64,000 nt of DNA from the human T2T-CHM13v2.0 reference genome, Homo sapiens: NCBI RefSeq assembly GCF_009914755.1, contig NC_060942.1; one strand, written 5' to 3'. Positions 30,229 through 44,400 of the stretch are shown here, in pieces (the first letter of the stretch is position 1; each line of letters opens with the position of its first letter). The notes below the pieces were generated by a model. It worked only from the letters and a program-made list of their open reading frames with translations, was not told the origin of the DNA and searched no databases. The position numbers were made by a program, and so were the translations under genes.

Positions 30229-32825
30229 TCACCTCAGTCTATTTCATATGTTAGTCTAGTCTCTATGACAAAGTAAGTACTTTGTTTTTTTTGTGGTAAT
30301 ACTTTAGTGTCATTTGCATATACATTGGTCAAAAGAAATGGGATAACTCAACTTCTTGATTGGGCAACATGAAATCTGTAAATTAGCATGAATTTCCTTC
30401 CTGGTACTGCAGAAGTTATCTCTGTATTGCCATAGCAAACTGAAATCCTACAGCCCTAATGATGGCTGGAAGATTCCTGACTTCAATTTGCAAAAGTATT
30501 TGTAAAAATGTCCTAGTCTGAGTTTAGGGATGGGTCATGTGTCTTCAGCAACTACATGTCATGCAAATGAACTTTTGCATTCTACTGAGGGATCAACTGT
30601 ACAGGAACACAAAATGCAAGAGAGAGGAGAGGTTTCCGATCTTCTTAGGGCAGGGTGGGAAGAGGTTTGAAACAACAGTGGCTGCTACCACACTAATACC
30701 ACTCCTCAACCTCAAACCTGCCTCCACCTGCATCTGTTTTAAGAATGATTTTAAATAGAAGCAATATATTCCTTTGAGTTTGACTTTATTTAAATTATGG
30801 AAATCATGACTCTAGTAAGGCACCCTAATGGTTCTTCAAGTCTTTGGAGAAAATAAAAGGTACAGTGAAGAAAGCCAAGAGAAATCCTAACAAGCTTGGT
30901 AGTATTTACATTTGGCTTTGAACAATTGTTAACACTGAATGTGAATGTATACATCATTTCATGCAATAGCTGTGTTGTGACAATAATACTATTAAAAACA
31001 AATTCTTGGTTCAAGAATCTCTCTTTAAGAATTATAGGCCAAATGGCTGCAGAAAGACACAATAAGGCAGCGAGCAGTTAATTCATCCAATTAAAAAACA
31101 GTTGACTGAGCAATAAACAATTATCCCAATAGGAGCATATTTCTTATGGGTGAGAATGTCCAGAATAGAAATAAAGACATTTATGTGGTTGGCATCAAAG
31201 CCATCCCGAAGAATGAGCAGAAACAGTGGACTAAATGATAAAAGTGTAGCCAATCATAAAGCTGTTTTTTACCTCCCTCCCACCTTCCACAGCATGATCC
31301 ACTACACGAGAGAAAAGACAAGGATCATTCCTAGGTCCTCTGGAATTAACTCAGTGCCTTGCACAGTATCAGTAATAAAAATTGGTGAATACATAATTTA
31401 ATAGTTCACAAAGCCAAGAAGCCTCATCATACTGCTTAAGTTTGTTTTATCAGGACTTGAATTTTTAGGTTGACCGGTCATTGAAAATGCAGATTACTTT
31501 AACTGCAATGGGAAGTCCTGTGGTTTCACCTGGCTCTGGAAAAGGAAGGAAACATAAGACAGTACTGTCTGGAGGAAACAAGGTCCTCTTTCAAAGCAAA
31601 GTGGCTAACTCCAGGGCTTCACATCCAAGCTTATGCACTAAACCTGAGAATGTAAAAAAAGAAAAATAAAATTACATATGTCCTGTTTTAAGTCCTCAGG
31701 AATCAAATATTCTAAAATGTTTGGTGCAAAATGTGTTTTAAAGGAGCAATCAGCAATGTCACAGAATTGAAAGACTGCGTTAGAAAAAAAAGTGTGCACT
31801 CTACTGGGCTTTTGAAATTGAAAATTCTATCAGCAATTTATCATATTCAGGTATTTAAAGTGTGCATATGAAATACATGCCATGAATTATTTGTGACATT
31901 TTTATGATTTAGAAACACAAGACTATTGGTTGATTTCCATTGCCATTTGGGGCACAAATTGATATATCAAAATACAAGCTTCAGTTTATCACACAAGAAG
32001 CAGCAAAATGCACTATCAATGCCAATCTGCCTGTTATCACTATTAGCATACTGCAGTACGTCTATTACAGTGCACGTGCCGACAATGCCCTCCTGACCCA
32101 CACACCATTCATAGGTACTTTTGCTGCCCATTGGCACAGAAAAAGATACGTATGCACCATACAACTCCATTCTTCCAACTCCAATTCTGCTTATTGGGCT
32201 ATAAGTGAATAATTCCAGGTTGACCAATCATATTATTCCCAGAAATCTAATGTGGTCCATAGAGGTGGACTCTGTTAGCTCTAGACAGCTGATCTGGAAA
32301 GTCTGTAGAAACAACACTTTGAGGACCACTGTGCTGACCACATACAACTGTGGAAGAAGCTGGTCTGAAGGTAGAAAAATATAGACGAGTGAATTTGAAG
32401 AAAGAATGAAAGAGAGGCAATGAGGCCCAAAGATGCTGGCAGCTAAGGAGAGTAACGGCTACTTCTAGGCCAGGATGAGCTCCTGTGACATACCTACATA
32501 ATATACTAGTGTGTCCTCCCAGTAAATACCCTTCACCAAAGCTTCTGTTCCTTCTATCAAAATGGTCCTGTGGCATCTAATCTTATCTCATGTAAGGGGC
32601 TGGGTCAGTGGCTAATTCAAAGCCTAACATCCACTCTACTTTAATTAATAGATGGCATTTTACTATTAACAGTTGATATGGACATGTATCGAACAAAGGA
32701 GCTTCAATGAATAAAACTTTTCTAGTTTGTTGTAGGGGCTTATAGAATTGAGTCTCTCTCCTATTAGAGTGTAAACTCCTTGAGGATAAGATCTAATCTA
32801 GTTTATGTTAGCATTACGGTATCTA

Positions 32826-33101
32826 GAGGCAGGCGGATCACGAGGTCAGGAGATCGAGACCATCCTGGCTAACACAGTGAAACCCCGTCTCTACTGAAAA
32901 TACAAAAAAAAAAAAAAAAAATTAGCCGGGCGTGGTGGCTGGCGCCTGTAGTTCCAGCTACTCCGGAGGCTGAGGTAGGAGAATGGCATGAACCCAGGAG
33001 GTGGAGCTAGCAGTGAGCCGAGATTGTGCCACTGCACTCCAGCCTGGGCGACAGAGTGAGACTCCATCTTAAAAAAAAGAAAAAAGAAAAAAAAAAAAAA
33101 A
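32826..33101 (+). mobile_element. AluY, 5'-truncated
   Basis: Starts gaggcaggcggatcacgaggtcaggagatcgagacc; long middle A run and tail. Confidence 0.95.
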
Positions 33102-33126
33102 GCAAAAGTAGTAGTAGGTCAGTTGA

Positions 33127-33445
<319 letters not shown>

Positions 33446-34219
33446 AAAGAGATGGCTTTTTAAAACAATTATAGTTCATATCCTTAAAAAGATTGTAAGA
33501 AGAATTTACAAATGTATGACATTTTAGAGAGAAATATTTTAGCTCTAGTATTCTATAAAAATCACACAAATCTCCTCAAGAGTTGTGTGTCGGGAGCCAA
33601 TTGTCAATTCCAACAAATAAGAAAAATAATTGACCAGCCGAAACCAAAAAAATACATAGATACATATATAAAGTCATAGTTTTCTCATAAACATCACTGA
33701 GAACATTACTGGCAGTATTGGAATATTTGAATCAAACCGCTACTTTTATACTGGAGCCATTTTAGTTTTTTTATTTCATACTTTCATAGCTGAAATGAAA
33801 TTTCAGCTATTTCAGTGCTGTATTTTACAATGTTCTTTTCACAGAAGTCTTTGTCAGGGGTCATTTTTTTTCCATATTGTCTCAACATTTCCCTTCACTA
33901 CTGTTTCGCTTTTAAAAAATTATCAGTGGCATTTGAAACACCACATATTTTAAAACAGAGTGAATCATAGTTTTTATCTCTCTGCTGTATTTAAGATAAT
34001 AATGGATGTTGAGTAGAAACTAATCTTACCACTAATTTTAGCATCCATTAAAAAATTCCAATCAGTCTCAGTTTGTAGATCTTTGAGTATTTTGTGAAAC
34101 CGTACATCTATTTTCCACTGTCAAGGCAATCCATTTTCAAATCATGATCACAAATAATTTCTTGGAAAGAAATTACATTTTTACTGTTAAAGGATTTAAA
34201 AGTTTGGCCAGACACAGTT

Positions 34220-34680
34220 TTATCAGCTGGAATGTAAAATCCCTAAAAGTAGAAAATTGTTGTCAGTTTTGTTTATTGAGATATTTCCAAAATCCAGAAA
34301 GGTGCTGAGTACATAGTACATGTCCAATAATACTTCTGGAGTAAATAAATCAATCATACCAAGTGTCAATAGTTGGGAAATTTTCAAAGGCCTTTTATTA
34401 TCCTTGTAACACAGGTTTGTTAAATGACCCTGGGCATGTACCTGATTATATTGATCCTTCAGGCATTCATTTCCTAAATGTGTACTGAGTGCCTATTATT
34501 TATCAGGAACTGTGGCTCAGAGAAAGTATACCAAGATGAATAGATTATAGACAGTTCTCTCTAGGAGCTCACGATGAAAAGGTAAATAGAGGAGTGTACA
34601 TTCTTTGTATGGCAAGATGATAAATACGACAGACGGTGAATGAATAAGACATTAAATAAATTTACAGCAAGGAGCTGCTT
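34220..34680. mobile_element. Two L2 3'-end fragments in opposite orientations (+ about 34220-34350, - about 34465-34680)
   Basis: gaatgtaaaatccctaaaagtag...acatagtacatgtccaataa; cattcatttcctaaatgtgtactgagtgcctatt. Confidence 0.55.
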
Positions 34681-35174
34681 GTTTCTTTATACATAGATTG
34701 AGAAGTATAATTGCAGATTCCATTATGCAAATAAACTATTTCCCCTATGTGATCATCTATGAATAATTTCATAGGTCACCAAGGCACTGATCAGGACATT
34801 AACAGAGTCATTTATTCAATGTAAATGGCCTATTATTATAGCGGACCTTCAAAAATACGTTATTTGCTCATATATTAAAAATTTCCTTGAAAATAACTTA
34901 TTATACAAGTGCTTTCCAATTTATATAGCTCTGAGACTGTGTCCAACTGATGGGGACAAAATAGTCATTTAACACACCGCAGATCAATGATTTCATTTAG
35001 AATATGTACGCGGAAGGTTAGTTAAGAACTAAAGGGTCCTGACTTTAGACTCACAGGAAACTGGGTTTTGACTCCATTCCCATGAATTATTGACTCTTTC
35101 GGTCTACTGAGTTAAGTCAGGACCAAGTTTTCATCTATATGTACAAACTTTCTGCTGGTGTCAAAAAATACAGT

Positions 35175-35464
35175 TCATCAGAAGACCAAACACTGCATGT
35201 TCTTACTTATAAGTGGGAGCTGAACAACGAGAACACATGGACACAGACAGGGGAATAACACACACTGTTTTGTGTGTGTTGGGAAGGCAGCCAGAGGGAG
35301 AGCATCAAGACAAAAAGTTAATGCATGCGAGTCTTAATACCTAGGTAAGGTGCTGTTCTGTGCTGCAAACCACCATGCACATGTTTTCCTATGCAACAAA
35401 CCTGCACATCCTGCACATGTATCCTGGAACTTAGAATAAAATAAAATAGAATTAAATTAAATGT
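35175..35464 (+). mobile_element. L1PA 3' end (about L1PA8-10)
   Basis: catgttcttacttataagtgggagctgaac...aaacctgcacatcctgcacatgtatcc; exact 12-bp TSD aaaaaatacagt. Confidence 0.9.
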
Positions 35465-35939
35465 AAAAAATACAGTCTATACAAACTGAGGCCACTTATC
35501 AATTATTTGTATTTTCTGATCACACAATAATGAGCTCACTCCAGTTTCCAATTATATTATGAAATATTCATAATTTTAATTGACCTCATCAGAACCCCTA
35601 AAATTATAGATTCTATTATTCCTTACTTAAAATTTCTCTGAAACCAATGCCAAGGAACTCTGAATCTTCCAGACTCAGTTATCCAAGATGGATTTAATAT
35701 TTAACAAAAATACAGCACTGAATAGCAATACTTATCATTTACCCTGAATGTACAAGTCCTGCCAATGAAAAAGCACAAATTCTTGCACAAAAAGTGAAAG
35801 AAGATATGCTTTGACATAGGATATAACAAATACAATGTCAAGTCTACTGAAGATGTTTAAGTTTGGAATTCTTTAAACTACAAGATTTTAGACTTATATA
35901 TTTAAACCCTTAACTCTCTTATAACAAAGTTTTATGTTA

Positions 35940-36448
35940 CATTGGTCTTCTCTTATCAATGGGGGATATCTTCCAAGACCCCCAGCTGATGCCTGAAACC
36001 ACATATAGTACTAAACCCTATATACACAATGTTTTTCCTATGCATACATACTTTTAGTAAAGTTTAATTTATAAAATAGGTACAATAAGATATTAACAAC
36101 AATAACTAATAATTATTAGTTGAATATTATTAATGACATATTATAAAATAAGGGTTATATGAACACAAGCACTGTGGTATCTTGATAGTTGGTCTGATAA
36201 CTGAGATGGCTACTGAGGGACTAATGGGTGGGGAGTGTAGACCCTGTGAAGATGCTACATGTGAGGATGATTCACATCCCAGAAGGACAAAGCAGGACAG
36301 AGTGAGGTTTCATCACATTACTCAAAACAGCATGCAATTTAAAACTTAGAATTTATTTCTGGAATTTTCCATTTCATATTTTCAGACTGCGGTTTACCAT
36401 GGGTAACTGAAATCATGGAAAATGGAAGCATGGATAAGGGGATTGCTG
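35940..36448. mobile_element. MER44-like Tigger DNA transposon MITE
   Basis: TA-flanked; cttatcaatgggggatatcttccaagacccccag start; ggataaggggattgctg end. Confidence 0.85.
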
Positions 36449-37789
36449 TACACTCTTAGTAACAGCAACATTCACATGCATTATTTTTATACAGACTTAA
36501 AATTCAAAAACATTTCCACAAACACTATCTCATTTAATGTCCACAACAGCCCAGTAAATTGTTGTTATTAAGAAAAAAAAAACCCAAAAAACTATAGTTG
36601 AAGAGACCAAGAAATTGAGTTGCCTAAAATCACAGTTAGTAACTTGGTTCTCTGCCCTTAAGTCCAGCACCCTTTCTCTCTCACAAACAGATTTAGTTTT
36701 AGGGTGAATATAAGAATGTGGAAGATATTTGTGCATCCACTTTAGTCTTCTTTGCTTGACAATCATCCCTGCTTCAACATGATGAATGTTCACTTTCAGG
36801 TTTGGACACACCTAAGCAGCTCTCTCTGAATAAATCTGCCAAGAAATGCACTAAAAATACTTCTATTACTAAATAATAGACTTTTACAAAAATTATATAA
36901 GGAAAATTCACGAGACCATAATCTTTGCAATTATGTCATAGAAAGAAACTTAAATAAGAGATTACATATGAAATAATGCTAGTTTTGATATTATTTAAGA
37001 GTTAAGGAGCCCTTAAGTATCTCACAAATGTAATCTACTTAATACTAGACCTGAGTGAAATTCCATAGTCTTTCCTCTCAATTCACACTAAGAACTATGA
37101 ATGACGGCTATTTTATCTATCTGCTTTAAGAATAGAGGAATATATATATATATAAAAAGAAAAATGTGAAGAAGAGGGGAAAGTAGCTACTTTCTTATGA
37201 AGCAAAAACAGGATTCAGTAGAAATATTAGGTACTAATTATACATCATGCACTTTAGAAAACAAAAATCGCTTATGTACTAAGAAATTTTTGTCTCTGAA
37301 GCCTTCCTAACACCTCTTAACAAATTAATAAAACAAGACAATTGGATTATCAATGAACACCATAGTAATCAATACCAAAATGACTAGGTAATGATCTAAT
37401 GAAAGGACATAATGTTTCAGTGGACCTTAAATTTTCATTAACCACTAATATCAATACCAAATACTTAATTTCCTTCAGAACAGTGGAGAAGTGATAGAAT
37501 ATTTCTTCCCAGGACCTACCCTGGGGTACACTAAGAGTATACTCAGACATTTGGGGTTTCTTTTATGTCTCCCGCTTCTACAAACCTATCCCCACCCTAC
37601 ACCTGTCTTTTCCAAGAAACAAGAAAAGCAGTCCTTACAGACTATCAAGAAGTAGGAATAATAGTCTAGAATTTTTTTAAAATAGTATTTGGTATACTGG
37701 ATACTGCATATTTTTTGTCAGACATCAAACATAAGAGGGATTCATTTTAGCTCTTACTTGGAAGAATGTTTTGTTCTCAAAGAGTCTTT

Positions 37790-38055
37790 GAAAGAATAGT
37801 GAAGTGAAAAGCATGATACAATGATGAAAGATAGCTTTGAAATTAAACTGATGTGAATTAAACTGATATCTCTCTTTCTCTCTCTCTCTCTGCATCTCTT
37901 GGTGGCGTGACTTTGAGCAAATTACTGAATTCCTTGAATCTCATTTTATCCACAAGTAAAAATAAATAGCTGAACCTGCCACACAAGATCATCTTCAGAA
38001 TTTCTGAGCGGATAAAGTCCTCGGCATGCGGTGAACACTAAATAAATGTTCCTTC
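37790..38055 (+). mobile_element. MIR
   Basis: gtgactttgagcaaattactgaattccttgaatctcattttatccacaagtaaaa. Confidence 0.7.
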
Positions 38056-38981
38056 CCTTCCCAAATCCATAGAATTTTAAAAGACACAAGATTCAATACC
38101 TGGCAATATTCAACAGACTCAAAGTGGTAGTCTCTTCTGACACCCAGTTTGGCAGTAGGGTGTTTCTAGAAATGGTAACCCTGGGATCACCTACAACAGA
38201 GCCCCTGAACTTGATTCTGCTTGCATTTTAATGGTAGGCGAGGATTTTTTATATTAGATGTTACTTGTATTTTTGAACTATAAAATATTATACTTATGAA
38301 TATAAATAGAATATGTTAAATGGATAAACACTCCCAAATATCTTACATTTTAAAAATTGGAAAGGAAATATCTTGCACTACTAAGACTAAATGGTTTTAA
38401 AACTCTGCTTTCTTTTAAATAAGAGCCATTTCTAACTTTGATCAAATGGCCTAATGTTACCTCATTGCCCACTTTGAAAGACCATATGGTGCATTTACTT
38501 GTAAATGCTTTGATGAAATAATTTAATTACATCATTCTTTCCAAGAATCTGGCTTAGGCTGAGACTACACAAAGAGGGAAATTAGCTCTATTGAAAATGT
38601 ATTTGTTTTGGTTTTGGTTAATACTACATTTGCCACAAATCTGCAGATGTATGTTGAAAGATTTGACATATCATTCTTATACCTGCTTGCTTACACAATT
38701 AAGTTATTTTAAAAGACACTGGAAATAAACCCCCCAAAATGAAGAATATTTAATAGACAGAAAATCTTTACAAATTTTTTGATTTAATTGTTTACAACAA
38801 TTCATAGAGAACATTATTAACAACCCTAGTAAATAGCTTTGCATAAACAATATCAGATCTGAATATGAGAGATGAAGCCAAAATTTTTGGCTTTATAAAG
38901 CTCACGGATTATTTCAGATTCAGGATTGTACTGGGATAAATATAATCTAAATCATAGTTGAACACTAAGTTTGGATTATGG

Positions 38982-39294
<313 letters not shown>

Positions 39295-39572
39295 CTAGGT
39301 TCTAAGCATGCAGAACCATGGAGATAAGCCTGAGTACAAATCCAGACAAGTTATACAGAGTGAGTTGTGGATAGTGGTAGTATCCTGATTACTTAATATT
39401 TATTTTACAAAGTTTAAGATTTATTAGGTTGGGTCAGCAGTTTAAAGTTATAAATAAGGGTAAAACAGCCAAACTCTGATATTAAGAATCATCAAAGTAT
39501 AAAGTTTGGCATATGGTGAGCACTAAATCAATGTTACTTTCCTTTCTAAATTAAAATGTTACCTCCCTTTTC

Positions 39573-39765
39573 AGGAGGGGAACATCACACACTGGTGCCT
39601 GTTGGGGGGTCGGGGGTTAGGGGAGGGATAGCATTAGGAGAAATACCTAATGTAGATGACGGGTTGATGGGTACAGCAAACCACCATGGCACATGTATAC
39701 CTATGTAACAAACCTGCACGTTCTGCACATGTATCCCAGAACTTAAAGTATAATAAATTTTTTTA
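39573..39765 (+). mobile_element. L1PA 3' end (about L1PA6-7)
   Basis: ggagggatagcattaggagaaatacctaatgtagatgacgggttgatggg...gtatcccagaacttaaagtataat; TSD gttac(c/t)tcccttt. Confidence 0.9.
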
Positions 39766-40119
39766 AGTTACTTCCCTTTATAAATTAAGATTTATTTTAA
39801 ATTAAAATGGAAGTTGTATAATCTCCTCCGGAAAGGATCAAGTCTGGGAAGTTTATAAAAGAACTTGTCCTTGGAGATAATTTAGTAACCTCATGACATG
39901 AGATTTGTGCTTAAGCTAAATAAACTGTATTACAAGGGTACAAAATGATGATGATGAATTGTGGTTTCAAAAGTGAAAAGGTGTCCTGAGATTTTGAATG
40001 TATGAATATTTTATTTAAAATTCTATAAAGTGTCCCGTTTCAAATTCCACAATTTAAAGACAGACAACATCAGCAATCATACCAGAGGTAGTTAAGAATG
40101 CATTTAAGAAGAATAATTA

Positions 40120-40750
40120 TAATGATGACAGTAGTGATAATGTTAGTAGTAGCTAACATGTATTGGGTACTTTTTGTCATGCACTATGCGTTATATTATT
40201 TAATCTCCACAATGATTCTGACAGATACTCTATTGTTCCCATTTTAAAGATGAGGAGATTGAGAAAAGTTAGGTAATTTGACCAATATCGCGATGCTAGA
40301 AAGTGGCAGATTTGAGATGATAAAATTTAAAATATCAACTACTTTCAGAAATATAACATGCCAGACTTAAAGACAAAAAAATCCACTCTTGAAAATAATA
40401 GTAATGTCATCTCAACTATAATTTGCTATGTGAGATTAACGAAAATTCAACATAGTAGAAGAGTTTACAGATGAGAAACTTATGTCCTCATAGAGAAAAC
40501 AGAGAAAAGTATTACGGTCAAGGTCACTGGTGAGGCTACAAAGCTTTTAAAATATTTGTACAATCACTTAACATAAAATAGCTATTTACTGAACACACAT
40601 TATGTGCCAGGTCTGGAATTAAGCACTCTTTAAATTAGACTTCTAATTTTCCCAACTACCCCAAGAGTCATGGCCAAAAGGTGGCAGAGTCAGGATTCAG
40701 ACCAGAGAAACCAATCTGTCCTCAGAGCCCATGTTCTCAGCCATCGTGTT
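40120..40750 (-). mobile_element. Two MIR fragments (about 40120-40325 and 40575-40750)
   Basis: cccattttaaagatgaggagattgag; tgtgccaggtctggaattaagcactc...cagagtcaggattcagacc. Confidence 0.65.
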
Positions 40751-42002
40751 ATGACCCGGGGCATTTATACACCTTCAATCTTCCCAGTTTTCATTTACCA
40801 AGCCTTGTTCACTAGGACATTTTTGAGATACCTTTTTCCTACACAGGACATAAAACACTGCAAAAGTTGTTACACATTTTAGATAAATGTGCATTTCAAG
40901 AGACCTAGTCCTCCATGTTAATATTCAATATCTCTCTGATTTATGTCTCAGAGATACTGACTCATTCTTGAATCTCAGGGCTTTGAGATGCAGTATAACC
41001 TGTGTGCTTGAGAGGGCAAACCTTTGGATGACCTTTATTTCTCAACATCCGTCCACCCAAGATAAGTCCGTGTCATGGCCCAAGCGCCAATTTACATCCC
41101 TTAGCTTCTGCTCTCATAGAAGTCACTGGAATGCACTTCTAAGACAAAGTCTTCTTAGTCTCATGGCTCCCCTTTTTTTTAATCTCTCCCAAGGATTCCC
41201 TACACTAACTATTCCTATTCTGCCGTTCCATTCAACTCTATTGTCTTTTCTCAGCTCCAATTCTGTTTTGATAATAATCCTGACTAGAGTAAAACTGGCA
41301 ATGTAATATCTTGGAACAGAAGACTTTTAAGTTTGAGGAAAAGATACATGGAAGTAAACTTATATGCACTAGCAGTACATGTAAGGGAACCCCACAGTTA
41401 GGGAAGGATTTGCATATAGATACTCACAATAGGCACACTTCATCATAACCAGTTGAAAGGAGTTAGCATCTCCATTTTATAGGTATTGGTTTTACGTGGC
41501 AGAAACAACACAAATTGTGGCAATTATAGGTTTCACACAACTATATTTCAGTTATACCCAAAAATAAGAATGCTTGTCATGAAATTCCACTTGCACTAAA
41601 TGTTAGCTCCTTCTACTTCACATAAGTATGAAAAATATCTTCAAATACATCAGCATATGCTTAGCTAATCTTAAACACCTCAATCGATGTTCAATGCCTT
41701 TTTGTGCTAGCCTACTTTTTCCCTTCTGCTATGTGTCTAGTTAGTTAATATAGCTTTCCAATTTACAAGAAAGCAGAAATATTTCAGATCAGGTCACGAC
41801 ATCAAATATCACCTGCAAACAGTAAATATAGTTTTCAAACTCTTACACAGTGTTAGTGAGACAAGTGAAGTCTGCTTTGCAACACCTCCACTGATCTGGG
41901 ATTATATCTAAGCAAAGTGGATGCATGCTGATCCTTTCAAGAAGGTGTCCCGGGGAAGATCTAAGTAGTAATCACTTGAAGGGACTCAAGAGCACCACTC
42001 AC

Positions 42003-42008
42003 GATGTG
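42003..42008 (-). other. Candidate 6-nt frame-preserving microexon (CACATC) of the unidentified minus-strand host gene
   Basis: cattaacagacttgccttccttctttgtccccttcTGCatttcAG|CACATC|GTGAGT: strong pyrimidine tract, UGC at -10..-8, consensus donor. Confidence 0.5.
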
Positions 42009-42124
42009 CTGAAATGCAGAAGGGGACAAAGAAGGAAGGCAAGTCTGTTAATGGAGCTTCATGATTACTTTTGCAATGTTACTCATACATGTTAAACCTT
42101 ATGAATAGCAGTCTTAATCTTTTA

Positions 42125-42630
42125 ACTTACAGTTCAGAGCCAGGCTAGCTTAGTCATCAAGAGTATGAACTTTATTTGTCAATTAAAATAAGTAAAAAAA
42201 AGGACATCAGATTTTTTTTTAAAGAGCATGAGCTCCAAGTCAGATGGATGGAATTCATGTCAAAATTTGGACCTATCGTATTTAAGGGCAAGCTATGCAC
42301 ATCCTCTGCAGAAGACTGTGAAAAAAAGAAATAAGGTATTACTACCAAAATGCTTCTAACAATGCTCAATAAAGAGTAGTTATTTTATCCCTAACTCAGA
42401 AAGATAGAGAGAGGGCCCATTTATGGAGTACACAATATTAAGCACTGAGTTGGTGTTTTCCAGAAATTATCTCACTTAATCTTCAGATGAGATGTTATCA
42501 TTTCAGTTTTACAAATTAGGAAACTGATAATCGGGGAATTAGATATTTGCTGAAGTCAGACAACAAGGAAACAGTGGATTTGGAACTTAAGACACATCTG
42601 TCTGATCTTCTGGCCTTTTTCACATTTGAG
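42125..42630. mobile_element. Two MIR fragments in opposite orientations
   Basis: aagagcatgagctccaagtcaga...agggcaagctatgcacatcctctg (+); ttatctcacttaatcttc...ttttacaaattaggaaactga (-). Confidence 0.6.
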
Positions 42631-44206
42631 GAGAATATAGTAAAGTTTAGAGTCAGTTGGCTAATTTTCACAAAACCATCGTTTGTGATACAATAGCATT
42701 GCATTATTTCTGTATATCATTTAAGTGCTTTTGTCAGGAGAAATGAAAGAATTAAAATAAAATACATTTCTAGCTAAATAAATAATTGCATATAGGAGGA
42801 AATAATAAAGATTAAAGTAAAAATTAATGCTCAGAGAATCAGAAAACAGTAACTCTATAAATAAATACCCTCAGTTTTTAAAAACTCTAACAAAATAAAC
42901 AAACCATTGGTAACCTTGATCAGAAAACAAAAGGCAGAAGGTAAAACTATACAAAATGAGAAATAACATGAAGAATTAGCTATTGAAAAAAAGATAAAAT
43001 GAAATAAGTAGCATAAGTAACTACAGACATCTATGTATACAAGTTTGAAAATTTAGATAAAAGACACAGTTTTCCAGAGAATCACGTGTACTAAAATTGA
43101 CTCCATTAATGGAGAAAGTTTAAAGAGATCAATTTCCATACAAGAAATAGAGAACATTATTAAGGATGAATATCATAAAAAACAACCAGGCCCAGATAGT
43201 GTCATGGTAAAAATCTACAAAACATTTGAAGATCAAATAATCTCAGTACTCTACAAATTGCTGCAAAACGTTGGAAATGAAAGAGACAATGTTTCCTTTT
43301 ACTGAGCCAGAATAACGTTGATACCTAAACCTAAAAAACTTTGTTCAAAAGAAAATAAATCTATAGACCTATATTGTCCATGAATATCAATGCAAAAGTA
43401 CTAAAATAAATGTTGGCATGCATAGTATTATATATCATATTAAGAAAATAATGAATACAACTAAGTGGGATTTATTATAGAAATTCAAGGTTGGTTCCTA
43501 CTAGGAAATCTATTATGATCATATGCAATATGATTTTTCCATATATGCTGAAAGGCCTTAATGAAATTCAACATTCACTCATTATAAGAATATTCAAGAA
43601 ATTGAATGTGATTTTTAACATATTAAAAATATATATTTGTCAATGCTAAAATTGGTATTTTAATTGGACAACACTAGAAGCATTCCTATTCACATCAGGA
43701 ACAAGGGGAAGATGCTAGTTATCTCCATTACTATCTATTATTTTACTGAAAGTGTTAAAAAAATGCAATTAGACAAAACAAATCTATTAAAGGTATTAGA
43801 ATTGGTAGAGAAGAGGTAAAAGTATCCCTACTTATAGATGATATGATACCTGAAAAACACTTAAGAATCAATAATAATTAATATTGTTAATTCCCAAATC
43901 GTAAAATAATTTAGTAAGGCAACAGGATATGAAATTAATATTCATAAATTAAGATATTAATCCTTCATGTACATTGCATTATAAATAAATAACCACAGTG
44001 AAGGGGATGGGAAAGAATAGAACTAAGCTAAATAACTTTTAGAAAACAGTGTTTTGACCGCTTACTCCAAGCCCAAAGACAAGGAAAAGTATCCATACAT
44101 ATTGTCTGATTAAAGGTTTGTTTTTCAGAGTGGTATGAAATTGCGACTGTGAGACTACATTGTGTGTATATGAAGATTAAGCAAATAATTAAATAAATTG
44201 ATGATG

Positions 44207-44276
44207 CTGAGAGTGAAGTTTCTCAATGTTAAAAAGAGGATACTGAGAGTGAAGTTTCTCAATGTTAAAAAGAGGA
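44207..44276. repeat. Perfect tandem duplication (34-nt copies, period 36)
   Basis: ctgagagtgaagtttctcaatgttaaaaagagga at 44207-44240 and 44243-44276, separated by ta. Confidence 0.95.
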
Positions 44277-44358
44277 GTTACAAGTAATGGAAGGGATTTG
44301 GCTAGAATGAACCCTGTGATGCTGGACTGGAATCAGGTGCCTCAGGATGAACTCAGGA

Positions 44359-44359
<1 letters not shown>

Positions 44360-44398
<39 letters not shown>
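44360..44398. repeat. (TG)n microsatellite
   Basis: About 19 TG units. Confidence 0.95.

Positions 44399-44400
<2 letters not shown>

Noticed and set aside
31940-32576. Overlapping 86-109 aa ORFs in unique sequence
   Set aside because: No domain similarity and no convincing splice boundaries; ORFs of this length arise by chance.
40887-41306. 139-aa plus-strand ORF
   Set aside because: L/S/F-biased composition typical of non-coding T-rich DNA, with no splice or homology support.
41800-41830. Minus-strand acceptor tttactgtttgcAG|GTGATA
   Set aside because: Short tract, weak reconstituted donor, and early stops in all frames.
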